A DNA stretch of 56,692 bases, the filler included, from Ionaspis alba (taxonomy: Eukaryota): the NCBI GenBank assembly GCA_964255285.1. It is 3 parts of 3 records of this genome, joined end to end, with 100 filler letters (N's around TTAATTAATTAA, not from the genome) between each part and the next. Parts side by side here need not be neighbours in the genome. Positions count along the whole stretch, not along the records: positions 18,949 to 37,770 come from CAXUUL010000279.1; positions 37,871 to 56,692 come from CAXUUL010000280.1; 1 more part is not named here. One strand, written 5' to 3'. Positions 26,634 through 39,151 of this stretch are shown here, piece by piece. The position numbers were made by a program, and so were the translations under genes. The notes beneath the pieces were generated by a model. The model was not told where the DNA came from, did no database searches, and saw only the letters and a program-made list of their open reading frames with translations. Numbering within the stretch: position 1 is the first letter of the stretch; every line of letters begins with the position of its first letter.

Positions 26634-27980
26634 TCAATCTCGACTTCTGTTCGGGATCCACCTCCTAAGAGTCAACTCTCTGACCTGATACCGCTTGATC
26701 AATGCTCCAATATCTCTACACTCCTCGTCCCCAGCTTCAGGAGGCGCTATCTCCACGAAGATCAGTACCAAGCTCTTCCTCACTTGGCTCTGCACGCGGT
26801 TGACACAGTGTAACCACCACCAGCTCTTACTCTCCTTCTTCTTTGTCTGCGCCGCTCTTTCTTCCGAGTCGCGCCAGTAAGGATGACTATAAGAAGGGAC
26901 GATCACGACAGCAAACTCTGCATGTGAAAAAGCCGGACCGCGATTGTAGAGTAGGTAATCGACCGCAAATTTGACGCCAGGGCGAACGACCCAGCCTAGG
27001 GAACGGAAGTGGTGGTAGACAATATAGGAGGTCAAGAAGGGGTCATCGGGTCGGAGAGCAGAAACTGGACGGGGAGGAAAATAGGAGTTCTGGCGGAAGA
27101 GACTGAAGAGTTTAGCTGTGGGGATTGGGGCAGAGTCCGCATCTAAGATGGAAAGAACACCAAGGCCATAGGCAAGGAAGAAAGCTTCTTCAAGGGTCAG
27201 TTGGAGGTGTTCTTTGTTTTCGATAGATTCGAAGGCATTCGGGTTTGACGGTGTTTCAGCTGCAACACTCGTAATTCTCGCAGTCGATCCTGGTGCTGAA
27301 TCTTCAAGGTCAACTTTGGTAATCTCTTCTGTTCTTTCTGTTTCGAGTGGTGAGCTAGGTGTCTTTTCGTGGCCGATATGACCGTTTGCGGGTACGCCGT
27401 CTTCCTCATGAGACAGTTCACGTAGGGTTTTAGACTCTCCAATTTCTACTGGGTCACGTTTATCCACAGCCTTGTTACCACGCTCCAACTTGAGCTTCTC
27501 CTCGATTGCCTCTAACTCTCTCCGGGCTCTCTCCTTCTTAAATTCTTTGCGTTCCCCTCTTCGCCGCTCTCTTATCTCTTCGCTTGTCTCACCAACGATG
27601 ATGCCTTTCCTCCTCTTTTCTCGATCCAACCAGCTCGGTTCACTCCTACTCAAGCTCCCTTTGCCGAAGAATCCACTCTCCCATAGTGCCCGAATTGCTT
27701 TCTCATCCGTAACGTGGACAGAGCGAGTCTCGGGAGAGAAGTAGCATTGATACTTCTCGGCTGGGTGCGACGAGGGTGGAAAGAGCCATTGAGAGAGGTA
27801 TAGGTATACGATGTGGAGTAATGATACGGGATTGTGGGGAACCAATGGTGGTAATGGATAAATTTTGAGTGGAAGAGGTTGTGCATGAATTGCGTTGTAA
27901 TTGGGCCTGGCTGGCTTAGACGGCCGTGTAGGTTTGATTCCTCCGCCTGTTTGGCCTCGCGGCCCGGTAGTAGGGTCCAT
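26634..27980 (-). CDS. SEN2: tRNA-splicing endonuclease catalytic subunit Sen2
   Basis: LWESGFFGKGSLSRSEPSW, EHLQLTLEEAFFL, YHHFRSLGWVVRPGVKFAVDYLLYNRGPAFSHAEF, RRWIPNRSRD. Confidence 0.96.
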   Translation of the reverse strand: MDPTTGPRGQTGGGIKPTRPSKPARPNYNAIHAQPLPLKIYPLPPLVPHNPVSLLHIVYLYLSQWLFPPSSHPAEKYQCYFSPETRSVHVTDEKAIRALWESGFFGKGSLSRSEPSWLDREKRRKGIIVGETSEEIRERRRGERKEFKKERARRELEAIEEKLKLERGNKAVDKRDPVEIGESKTLRELSHEEDGVPANGHIGHEKTPSSPLETERTEEITKVDLEDSAPGSTARITSVAAETPSNPNAFESIENKEHLQLTLEEAFFLAYGLGVLSILDADSAPIPTAKLFSLFRQNSYFPPRPVSALRPDDPFLTSYIVYHHFRSLGWVVRPGVKFAVDYLLYNRGPAFSHAEFAVVIVPSYSHPYWRDSEERAAQTKKKESKSWWWLHCVNRVQSQVRKSLVLIFVEIAPPEAGDEECRDIGALIKRYQVRELTLRRWIPNRSRD

Positions 27981-29018
27981 ACTCGCAGATCAATATCATT
28001 GCTCAAGAAAACTCGTTGCTCAATGTGCTGTAGGTAGTGACGAATTAGCCAATCCGATTCCTACTAGCTCCCTCTATCGTAATTTTGATGTCTATGCTCA
28101 GATACCGTTGTAGTCTTCTCAATTGAGAATTAGAACCAGCATAGAGGAATAACATAAAGTCAGAGTCATTCATCTAGGTATCTTGTGATGTCATCCCCGC
28201 ATTTTGATCTAGCTGTAACCCGCACATGAAGGTGTACTTACATTTCTCTACAACAAATAATAGGGTCTGTTTGTTTCATGCAATACGAGAACAAGGCCCC
28301 GGATGGTCGAACATGTCTAGATATGGGAAAGGGAGAATCTGGACCACTGGTGAACTAATTGCGGCGCCTAATTCTTTAAGCGAGTAGCAAGTTGGCGCGA
28401 TGGACCCTGTAGTGCCTCTATGATAATACGCTGTTAAAGAGGAAGTATAACGTAATCTATCATGATCATTGTTGCTATTAGCTCAATGACAAGAACTATC
28501 AAGGAAGAGCTTCCTCTAAGATCACGGTAGAGAAAGCGGAACAAGAACTCCAGCAGACTTGGTGTAGAACTAAGACTGGTGCCTACGGCTCGAACCCTAC
28601 ACTACGAGAGCCCGATAAGATTCCAATGAGATTAGATTGGACAAAACCGTCTTCAGGGAGAACAAATGGCGATCACAAGGAAGATTATTAGTCCACGTTG
28701 CGGGCTGACGAAGGATTATGACGAGGACGACGACAACGGCGTCATACAGACTGTTTAGCCGCTATCACAATCACCGTTGAGATAGGTATATGGGGGAAAA
28801 GTTGAGCGAGATAACCCAAAATCTAACCCGGGTTCTAACCTTCCTTATTTGACCCCCATATACCGAAGGTATTTCGAGGCTGACTCATCCGATAAACCCC
28901 TCCACGCATACGGGCGCGTGTTCTTCATGGAGGCGATGCGTTTTCGAAAACGATGAATTCTCTATAACAGTTCTGCTCATTCTCTTCGCGCTTCATTCCA
29001 GTGTTCCTATTTGCAATA

Positions 29019-30861
29019 ATGGAAGGCGAGAACAGCTTCGACGAGAGCACCCCACTCATCTCAGAACTACGATCTGACAACCAGACCATCACCAATTCTT
29101 TCGCCCAGAGACATGTCATTCCGCTTCTTTATGTTATCGTATTCTGTGCCATGTTTGGAGTTTTGCTCCAGCCGGCTCCTAGAACTCAGATATATGAATC
29201 CATCATTTGTGGCGACTACTACTCCAACATAGATACCTATCTTGGCGACGACCGTGACTGCAAGATACAGCCGGTGCAAGAGGAGCTTGCTTTGATAAGA
29301 GGGGTCGAGAGGCTCACTGAGCTCATTCCGGGTGCGCTTCTAGCTTGCGTGAATTTTGACATATATTCCGTTCTTACTATTATTCAGCCGCTTTGACCAT
29401 CCCATATAGCATGTTGGCTGATCGCTATGGCCGAAATACCATACTCTCCCTTTCATTATTTGGTGTTTTCCTGTCCGAATCATGGGGACTTGTGATCTGT
29501 GAGTGTCTATCATTGTATCTAGTTGGAATTGGCGTCATGAACCAGACATTGACTCGTCAATAGGCTGGTTCCCATCCTTCTTCCCAATACGTATGGTTTG
29601 GACTCAATTTATTTTCGAACTTATCGGAGGAGGCACATCTGTAGTCAACACCATACTCTACCTCATTGTGGCCGATGTCGCAGCGGAGGAATCACGGTGA
29701 GGACAACCATGCTATCGAACTTTGGTACTGGCTTCCGTGAAATTGACGCAAAATATAGAACGAACATATTCTTCCTGATTCATGCTGCGGGCGTGGCCTC
29801 TGCAATCATATCTCCGAGCCTGAGCTCCTTTATGATGGGCTACAATGTCTGGCTACCTTGGATACTCGGCTTAACTTGTATTCTAGGCAGCGCTTGCGTC
29901 TCACTGGCAGTGCCGAATACTGCTAAGCAAGAGATCCTAACAGAGGCGTCAAGCACTTCCCCGGGAATTAACGGCGATGTTCAGGGCAGTAACAAGAACT
30001 TCAAAGCAAGACTGACCACAGCCAGGAGAGCAGTGCAACACGCTACAAATCTGATATTTGCAAATGGACAGGTCTTGTTACTGCTTGCGATTCTCCTGAT
30101 CGGTCAACTGGGACTGGACTCGCTTTTAAACATCATGTTACTCTACATTTCGAAACGTTACGACTGGACTTTTGCCGAGGTTTGGCCTCTTTTCTTCTCG
30201 ATTCCCAACTGACCTATTCTACGCTCCAAATAATGTTTGAGCTCCACTAATACGAACCCCTTCTCAAGGCCGGATATCTATGGTCAGTCAGTGCGATTGT
30301 TCAACTCATGCTGCTTATCGCAATCCTCCCGTTAGCTAGCGATTTCCTCCTACATCGATTACATCTCTCCGTTCAAACCAAGGATCGCTATCTTCTTCTC
30401 GCAAGTACCCTAGTCGTTACTATTGGTGCAGTTATTGTCGGCCTAGCTCCTGAGATTGGGCTGGCCATTGTAGGTAAGCAGACTTGCCAGAAACATTACG
30501 GGCAATTCTCGCCTCCATCGAACGGTCCTTTTTTGACAACCTCGCTCTAGGAATCATACTAATGTCCATTGGCACCGGCCTGACGGCATTGGTACGCTCG
30601 CTCCTGACTGCGAGCGTCTCGGCCAAGAACAGAAGTATTGTTTTCTCTGTGATGACAATCCTGATTGTTGTCGGAACTTCTGTGGCTGGACCTATATACT
30701 CGGAGACTTTCTCAGCGGGATTGAGACTTGGATCCGCTTGGTATGGGCTGCCGTTTTTGGTTTGTGGAGGCATGATTGCGATAGCATTTGTTATGGAGTT
30801 ATTTATACGAGAACGTCATGCTCCCGAGCAGGATGAGCAAGATAGCGATAATCTGATATAG
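29019..30861 (+). CDS. MFS transporter (multi-exon)
   Basis: ESTPLI N-terminus, ESIICGDYY...CKIQPVQEELA, LADRYGR motif A, ELIGGG, multiple hydrophobic helices, C-terminal WYGLPFLV. Confidence 0.88.
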
Positions 30862-31272
30862 AACGCATCTCGTCGCTTAGCGAGACGAGAAGATAGACTC
30901 TCCGCCATTGCACCAAGCATCCGGCTGGTGTTTAACTACGCTATTGACCCTTGGAGATCGTTTCTAGTACTCATTGCGCGGGGGCACATCGCGGGAATTT
31001 GAAATCTGTGCCATTAACAGTAGTCTTTGATAAGCAAAACAAGCTAGGGCTAAATAGCGAGCTTGGCACACTAACTCTGCGCAAGCACGGACCGATCTGA
31101 AAGCCGAAAGTTATCCAGACCAGGATTAATAATTTTGACTTCTACCTCCTACTTGTGCCCCGAAATTCCGCGCGCAGTTCCTGCATCTCCCGCTAGGTCC
31201 GCGCTCCTCCCAAATCAGTGTTCGCGCTCTTCGCCTTCAGAGTCGGAGTATCTTCTAACGACGCCTTTTAGC

Positions 31273-31532
31273 ATGCATCTCATGTACACGCTCGACGGCG
31301 AGGGGAGGCGTATATACACGCTGAAGAAGGTCCAAGGCAGCGAGGTCACAAAGTCGGCACATCCTGCACGTTTTTCACCAGACGACAAGTACTCGAGGTA
31401 AGCGGCCTGGCCTGGCCTGGAACGTTATCTCGTGGCGGAGACATTGTGAAGGGCACCAGACTGACAATGTGGGGGCTGGTAGACATCGTGTTACATTGAA
31501 AAAGCGGTACGGACTGCTTATTACGCAACAAA
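31273..31532 (+). CDS. NOP10: H/ACA snoRNP protein Nop10 (last exon probably in the gap)
   Basis: [19 protein letters not shown]...[33 protein letters not shown], followed by a GTATGT donor. Confidence 0.95.
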
Positions 31533-31723
31533 GTATGTAGCTTGGTGGGAANNNNNNNNNNNNNNNNNNNNNNNNNNNNNNNNNNNNNNNNNNNNNNNNN
31601 NNNNNNNNNNNNNNNNNNNNNNNNNNNNNNNNNNNNNNNNNNNNNNNNNNNCGATTATCACACCCACAAGTCTATTGGGATATCTAAACCGTGACCTTTA
31701 CACTAAAAACTAAGCCATCCTCG

Positions 31724-33061
31724 TCACCGCTTCTTAGAATTCACATTCCTTCCCGCTCCAACCTTCGGTCTCCCTCCAGCTCTCCTTCTATCTCCTGTCA
31801 AGATCCCTGGCAAATAGTCCTCATCCATCAAATTCCGCTCCTTTCTCCTACTCTGGCCTGTCATGGCCTGCAGATACTCTTTCTGATCCTCCGCAAGAAT
31901 CAGCTCCTGGCCCCATCCACCCTTCCCACCTCCCTTGCTTGCTCCAACTTTCCCATTAGCAGTTCCAGCAACCGGCTTCGGAATGCTGAAGCGATCGCCC
32001 CTGGTATTCCACTGCATGTTCTTCTTCAAGTGGATTTTAAATTCTCCGTTGGCGCTAGTAGAGCAGGCCACTCTTGTCAGAGTGGGCTTGCCGCACCGAG
32101 GACAAAATTGTTTGGTCATGTCCTTGGTCTTCTCGAAACAGGCGTGGCAGCGGAGGATGTAGGTTTTGAGATGTCGTATCCTTCGCAAGGAGGTAGACAG
32201 GAGATTTAAGTTCATCTGTAGTAGAACATTTTGCATGGCGAAATCGCCGGTGATTGTGGCCACTTGCATTAATGTCGTCTCTGCTATGGGTGTAGCATCT
32301 TTGTTCTGATCCTTGGCTTGCTGTTTTGTTAGGTTGCTAGGGGTGATCCAACCCTCTGAATCCGAGGATGCAGAATCGGATGCTGTCTGGTCCTGAAGTA
32401 CTAGGCATGAGAGACACGTCTGACTAGAGCCTTGCTCAACCTCGGTTTTCGAGCTTGCGTCTCTTAGATCCGCAGCGACCAGATCTGAATCAATGCTTTG
32501 ATCATGCCTGGCTGTGTCTGATACAGCCGCTGGAGTACTCGTAGTCACCCGAGCGGCGTGACTTCCGCTCGGATTTTCTGTAATAATAGGATCTGGGAGG
32601 TGCACTGCAGCTTTGCCCTTTTCACTATCAGTCCCCTGATCTCGAAGATTTGATATAGAGGAGTCTGCGTCATGTTTCGATGACGGCGGCGATCCGTTCA
32701 ACCCTTTCTGGCCCGGGACCTTTCGTAATCTCCAGTCGCCCTTGTTTCTCTCACATTCTAGCTCATAAGCTAAGGCGAGTACTTGGAGATCAGGTTTGCT
32801 CAATACTTGAAGATCTCCTGTTCTACGAGCAAAATCCGAGACTGCTTTGATACTTGCTGGACTGGGTGTCCTGATAGTGAGGAAGGGCAGTACAGTCGCC
32901 TCGAGTCGTGTTCGTGCGTCTCTGTCCTTGATCTCAGAAATTATAGCTGGGATCGTGAAGATGGTTTCTGATCTCGATAGTAGGGTTGGTATTGGGGGAT
33001 CATTGTTGAGTAGAGGTCCAGCATCCAGAATAATGGTATGGATCTGTTTGCGCGGCTCCAT
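31724..33061 (-). CDS. NOB1: 20S pre-rRNA D-site endonuclease Nob1
   Basis: PIN motif IILDAGPLL, TGDLQVLSKPDLQVLALAYELECE, GWITPSN, TGDFAMQNVLLQMNL, zinc ribbon LRCHACF...FCPRCG. Confidence 0.97.
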   Translation of the reverse strand: MEPRKQIHTIILDAGPLLNNDPPIPTLLSRSETIFTIPAIISEIKDRDARTRLEATVLPFLTIRTPSPASIKAVSDFARRTGDLQVLSKPDLQVLALAYELECERNKGDWRLRKVPGQKGLNGSPPSSKHDADSSISNLRDQGTDSEKGKAAVHLPDPIITENPSGSHAARVTTSTPAAVSDTARHDQSIDSDLVAADLRDASSKTEVEQGSSQTCLSCLVLQDQTASDSASSDSEGWITPSNLTKQQAKDQNKDATPIAETTLMQVATITGDFAMQNVLLQMNLNLLSTSLRRIRHLKTYILRCHACFEKTKDMTKQFCPRCGKPTLTRVACSTSANGEFKIHLKKNMQWNTRGDRFSIPKPVAGTANGKVGASKGGGKGGWGQELILAEDQKEYLQAMTGQSRRKERNLMDEDYLPGILTGDRRRAGGRPKVGAGRNVNSKKR

Positions 33062-36045
33062 ATTGTTGTTTAGAGGACTAGATTCCTATCACACCAAGTC
33101 TTCTATCGAAGCCAACTGGTTCAAGGCCGCGAAATTAATCTTATAAGGAGTTGATGATGTGTGCTAGTAGTTGAACTAAAAGGATTTCTAAGCGAGGTCA
33201 TTTCCCCTAGTGTCTACAAACGCCCGGGTTACAGCGTTCACCACGCGATCAGCTCCTGGATATCCTCAAAGCAGAAGACATTCAAATGAACGTTCTGTCC
33301 ATACTCCAGACGCTCCAGATACCGACCGCAATTGCTTTAGGGAAACCCAACCTTGCACTGACCATTCGGACCAACATCTTACCAACAGCCTTTCCGTCCC
33401 CAGCCTCATCCCGTTTTCTCCATGCTTTAGAAGATGGTTTTTCAACATCCTCACGACGGGCGGTGGAGTCAGAGGCAGGTGATCCTCGTCTCATTCATTC
33501 ATTGTGTTGAGGGAGGCTCCACTGTAAAGAGACCATGAGAGCAAGACATCCTGCAGCCAGAGCGCGGGGCGAATTGAGTCTTTTTCCGTGGTTGGCGAAC
33601 AATTGCCTTGACAATGTAAGGCAATGGAATCCTTCAAGTGCCTCTCGAACGCCGGTCTTTATCCTTTCCGTGAGAGCCGGCCTACCGCCTCATCGATCGG
33701 TGTGTCGCTCACGAATCTGGAGCTTGTGCCGCAGTCCCGCTTAATCATGGACTGTATATCAAATACACACCTCCCTCGAAGTGGTCTCGAGCTTTGAGCT
33801 TCTTGAAAACACGAAAATATATTCTCTTCCATTCCGCCCATATGTAGGACCCTGGGATATAGAAAATTCGGGATACGATCCACGCGGTACTGTTTCCGGC
33901 CCACAACACTGCGAATCTCCACCTCTTTACGAGCTTCTGTAGAAATTACGGTGCCCCCAGATCTCTTCTGTTCTCCAGATGAACCAAGCTTATTGTGAGC
34001 TGACAGCTTCCGCCAACTCCACCTGATCCGATGATTGTATGATATTTGTTCTTCCCTCAGCCTATGCTTGTTGTGTCTGGTCTTTGTTTCTTTCAATGTC
34101 ACTAGTGATCTCGATGCGTCCATGGCCAATGTCTCCGAATCATCGGTTGACTGAGCTATAATTCGTATATTCGTCGCTGGGTTCGCGTCCATGCTGCCAT
34201 CGGTCAGTTGCTTGACTCGGAGCAAGCAAGACAGTCCATTTCTCGGAGAGTCCTGCAGATTACTGAGCGACTTTCCTTTTTGGTTTTGGAAGATAGTAAA
34301 TGAAGTGTTGACCACAGCTTGTTGAAGCCCGAGCTTCAAGAGTTGTGTCGACACTTGCTGACACTTGCTAGCATCATTTCGACTCTCGTTTCTTCCTTCA
34401 GAGAGCGATGGCTGGTCTTAGTGACAACCTCGGATCAAACAGTCATCAAACAATCTGCCACAGACAACGGTTGACTTCCATGTCATGTCGGATTCTGATT
34501 GTGTGGGTGACGTGCTCATTGGATGTCCTCGATGCCGAAGCTCACACAAAGAGTCCCCTAGTCCTGTCGGGGTGCATTCAATAGGATAACCGAAGCTTGA
34601 CAGTTCGTTCGGTTGACCAGTCGTCTTCGGGGACTCTGGGTCAAGGTTTCTGGTACTTGGGTTCGTTATACTTTTGGAAGAAAATAATGAGAAAGAGCAC
34701 AATGTATGCAGGTGCAAGTGGAGCCAGATACTGCATCCTACTGCACCTGCAATACGCTTGCTTGCTGGTAGCCTACGCCCGACTACTGTGAGCGGTTGGG
34801 CCTAGTGTTGGAGAAGGTGTGACAAGGAGAATACTTAAGAATGCTGCTTGCCTCCATATATCGCTCGAGCTCTCTATTGCAATATCTTGAGTCTCTCTGC
34901 TCGCGACACTTACGAAGAGAAAACGTTGCTCGCGACTAAGATACCATGCTTAAGCGCTTTCTACCTCAGTGGTGCAAGTCCCGGACAACGATGGCGGAGA
35001 TTTATTTTCGGCAAGGCTGCGAACGATGTCATCAATTGCGGAGCCTCACGTTCGAGTGCTCCTACTGTCTCATAGGATCTTCCATGGCTTGTCGATTCTT
35101 CACTTCTGTCCGGACTTGACACTGTCGTTGTGCTCCGTGGATTCCATACGAATGCTAGAAAGTACCGTCTACAACGCGGCCCTATTCTCGTTTCCTCATC
35201 CCTGTCCGAAGGAGCATTGCTGCCGTGTGTGAGGATGAATGTGACCTCCCTCAGCAAGGACGCCTGGTCATCATCTCCCCAATTGTCAAGACTTGTGGAC
35301 GTGGAGCTCATGGAGATGCATATTGGGTACGAAGCAGAGCTCTAAATAACCAATAGTGTGCTTGGCCTACCATCCAGATCATCAAGCGGGGGCGTACTAC
35401 CAATGCAAGTCTCGAGTCATGGTCTTATCGCTTCCCACCAGACCAATCGCTGGACGACACGCCCAGATGCTTCTCGTTGATCTCTCGTGGGACACATTGC
35501 TCGTCTGGAAGCGGGACACGACTGTCTGTCTCTGCAGCATGGGGCGGCAGCTCCATAGAGGAACAGGGAGCGTTGGGTGCTGAGGAACCCGCAGGGTCCC
35601 GGCCATACCGCATCTTCGGTGGTTCTTGGCGATGTCTCCCCAATACCTGTATTCCACGGGTCGAGATCGGCGACCTGATTTCATGCAGCTCGCTTGTACC
35701 GTGTTGGTGGCTCGCTCTGCAGATTCAGACCTCTGAGTTGTGGAGTCCCAGCCGGGTTGCGGCTCTGCAATTATGCTTTCTGCATAAGAGCAGCTATCCA
35801 TCGAGCGGGGGAACTGAGGTTTGGGTATATTTAGCGAGCAATTAGGGCATGGCCATGGAATGAAGTTGTCTTGAACAGGGCGAATACTGCGAGTGTCCAA
35901 CAGATAAGTACAAATCAACCATTAAGTACGTTGGCTGTCAGTGCGCTCGAACTCGTGTTCTATGGTCGACTATGCATCGTATATGGTGCAGACCCTTGAG
36001 CTTTGCTGACAATGTCGCAAAGCCTGACCGAGTTCTCATCACGTT

Positions 36046-36872
36046 ATGGCTCAGCCGCCTCTTACCTTCATTTTCCGAATCGATGCTCTGTATCCAAAGT
36101 CCATTCAGTATTCCCACGGATCTGGAAAGCACTGTTGGGAACCGCCCGGACAATGGAATGCATATAACTATGCTGACGGATCGTTCTATCGGTGGAGTGC
36201 AGGTACTGTTACGCTCGTGCCTAAAGCGCAGCTCCCACACTTTACCTCAGAAAACGGATTCCATACCTATTCAAACAGTCCTCACTTGTATCGTACTGCC
36301 ACCATCTTCAACCAGCACGACACCTGCCGTTTTGTCGCCGTGGAGTTTGACGCCCGAACAGACAATGTGGAGACTTATCCTCCTGGCTGGCAGCAGATAG
36401 GTTTCAGATATGATAACTCCCACGGTGGCCGAAAGTATTCACATCTTCACGTCGCTGGAGACAGACGTCATCTTGTTGCACCTGGAAATCCAGCTTGGAA
36501 TGACCAGCTCTTCACACAACCGTATCATTACAGCCTCCACCACAGCCCTAATCCACCTCCAGCTAGTGCTGGAGTGACGGGCACACTCCCACTGCTGCTT
36601 TCCCTGGCTGCGTTCTCACGTCCAGAACGTAATCTTCACCAGACGCTTACCAACAACCTTCGTCAAGGCATGTGGCTACCTCATCCTAATGGCTATGATC
36701 ACGGTCGTAAGTTCGTCTCCATCGGCTCTTCTGATGTTATCTGACAACCCAAGGGCTTGACTATCGGGGAATGGTTGTCTCAGTATGGCTTGATCCGTGG
36801 GCACCTGGGACTACGAGAGCCAAACTGCAAGATCTTGAACGTGGGAAACATGGGCCTTTCTACCAACCTTGA
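36046..36872 (+). CDS. Hypothetical protein (two exons)
   Basis: Long ORF followed by a GTAAGT...CTGAC..AAG intron. The second exon reads RLDYRGMVVSVWLDPWAPGTTRAKLQDLERGKHGPFYQP*. No recognisable domain. Confidence 0.7.
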
Positions 36873-37770
36873 ATCTCTTTGATTGATTGGCTCTTCAAGC
36901 TCCACTTTCTATGCGTCTCCTTTGCTGCTCTCTGATACCCAGGTTTGAACAGGCATCGTCATCGTTGAATTTCAATTCTCAGAACGTGTTTGTGGACTGA
37001 TTTAATTGCAAGTATGTATTGTTTCTTGTATGCAAATCTGCCGTGTGGGGCAAGTTGTGACGTGCTGGGTATCGAGGATGTCTGTCATCATGAGGCAAAG
37101 TCACGAAATTTGTGTATTTGTATGCGATTGTTTACAAGCAGGCATATGTCTGAAATGCACTCGTCCGATCTCAAATGTTGCATTGCTACTAAGGCCATAG
37201 CCATGAGCAAAACATGTTGTGCTACATCATACATGACCCACATGGTTACGAACACCATATCGCCATTAAAACGCTGCACTATTGCACATCTGGCAGTCGA
37301 ACTGCTATATCACCAGACTGCGTGATGTATCGAACCCAAGGTAGACTGGGGTATTGCAACTAACATTGAACGTGGTTAGCCTATTCGTCGCGTAGGACTT
37401 CAAGATTGATAAGGGTGATGCGCGAAATCAATGATGGGGAACCAGAATCGCCATCACTGCAGCCACAACCTCGCAGCACAGCCAATGGCCTGGTCGAGTC
37501 CACTCCGCGATCGTATTGCTTGTGCTACAGTGATGTGCAGTGGTTGGTTGTACAACCGTAAACGAACAAGGATTCAAGAAAGAACGATATCCGGAACAAA
37601 AACGGTGCGGCCCGTAGCCGCTCGGCATGAACTCCCACGCAGCCTGGCGCTGCAAGCATAGAACCATGCCAGCCAGCCAGCCACGGCAACAATAGACACT
37701 AGGAGGAGGAAACAGTCGCCGACTCACCTTAGGCTCTATAATTTTGAGATAGCGCACCTGAATGCCGCTA

Positions 37771-37870
37771 NNNNNNNNNNNNNNNNNNNNNNNNNNNNNN
37801 NNNNNNNNNNNNNNTTAATTAATTAANNNNNNNNNNNNNNNNNNNNNNNNNNNNNNNNNNNNNNNNNNNN
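37771..37870. other. Assembly gap containing an artificial six-frame-stop linker TTAATTAATTAA
   Basis: 100-nt N run with the linker at 37815-37826. Confidence 0.9.
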
Positions 37871-38235
37871 GAGGATACGGTGCTTGTGTACTTGGTCATT
37901 CAGCTGTAGCGCTTGCAAGGTGCATGAGGTCTTGAGAACGAGTGTTGCACTCACCAAGCTGGACAGTTGTACTGTAGCTATTGGGTAATCAGTATGAACA
38001 GCTGGATGTCTTGCAATTATCATTGTAGCTCGGGAACTACAAGTGACTTCTTTCCATCCCGTGATTGTGTGCAATAGTGGCGGGCGACCGGTGTAATCTT
38101 CGCAACATGGTTAAGTGTAAATTCAATATCAATTAATTATTTACGAGGAAAAGTTTGAAAGGATGAGGATGTATAATACGGGGAGCTTTGTCGTTTGAAA
38201 AAAAGATTGATAATTATAATAAGACGATCTTCCTC

Positions 38236-38335
38236 GCCTTCGGGCATTTGGTCAATTTGAAACGATACAGAGAAGATTAGCATGGCCCCTGCACTAAGGA
38301 TGACACGCTTCACAAAGAGACGCTACTCAATTTTT
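38236..38335 (+). ncRNA. SNR6: U6 spliceosomal snRNA
   Basis: 5' hairpin GCC-TTCG-GGC, CATTTGGTCAATTTGAAAC, ACAGAGA box, AGC triad, internal stem-loop ATGGCCCCTGCACTAAGGATGAC, ACAAAGAGA and a T10 terminator. Confidence 0.97.
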
Positions 38336-38404
38336 TTTTTAATAATTTTCTTCAGGTCTGACTTCAAAGAATAAGTACATTTGACTGAGTTTTTATATTT
38401 CACA

Positions 38405-38415
38405 TGTTCGAATTC
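38405..38415 (+). promoter_or_regulatory. Putative downstream Pol III B-box for the U6 gene
   Basis: TGTTCGAATTC resembles GGTTCGANTCC and lies about 65 nt past the terminator. A TATA-like TAATTATAAT sits at 38211-38220. The layout parallels budding-yeast SNR6. Confidence 0.55.
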
Positions 38416-39151
38416 GATGCTAGATGGTAGGCTTGCTTTTTGGCCATCAAATATGGTCGTGGAAAGTTGAGTTTTACGGCTAACAGTACAAAAGCTTGGC
38501 GTGTCCACCTGGCCTGTTGCAAGTCTATTTCGCATTGAACGATTCGATATGACGATTGTAAGTGGTAGCGGCCTAATACAACTGTATGGAAGAGCAGTAA
38601 AAATATAACGTCCCCTCAAGCCGTGTGGTAGTATCATATTTCTGGTGTCCAGCAGCTCTACCTTTCCGTGCAGATAATTGGCCCACGAAATTCAAGATTC
38701 ATGGAAGTGGGTCACTGGAAGGCTATGAATAACCAGCAAATTCATACAGGATCTCTGAGAGAGAAGTACAGCATTGTGAAGAGGGAAAATTAATTAGGTC
38801 GAAGAAAGGATTGAACGCTGAATTTACCCACAACGTTCCTTCCCCGCCTTTGCATGCCGTTGCCCACAAGTTCTTTAGCGACAAAATGAGTCAATTCTAG
38901 AGTGGTTCAATGGGCTCACTTCGACTACCATCCCTCATTCCACGGCAAGACTCCCTATTTTTTCACGACACCAACACCGAGTATTCCAGTTCCGCTGTGC
39001 ATTGCTTATTGCACTGTTTACGTTAGGGCTAGTCGACAGTCGTCCCGATGAAAAGTATCATAGCCTTGAATCGTTCAAATCGAGTGTACAAACGAAGTTG
39101 GTCCAGTCAAGCCGGAGACCACAAAGCATCTGCAAACATTCAGTACCAAAA

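Noticed and set aside
26634..27980. Functional linkage between SEN2 and the double-intron tRNA
   Set aside because: They are 20 kb apart and separated by an artificial contig join, so the co-occurrence is not evidence.
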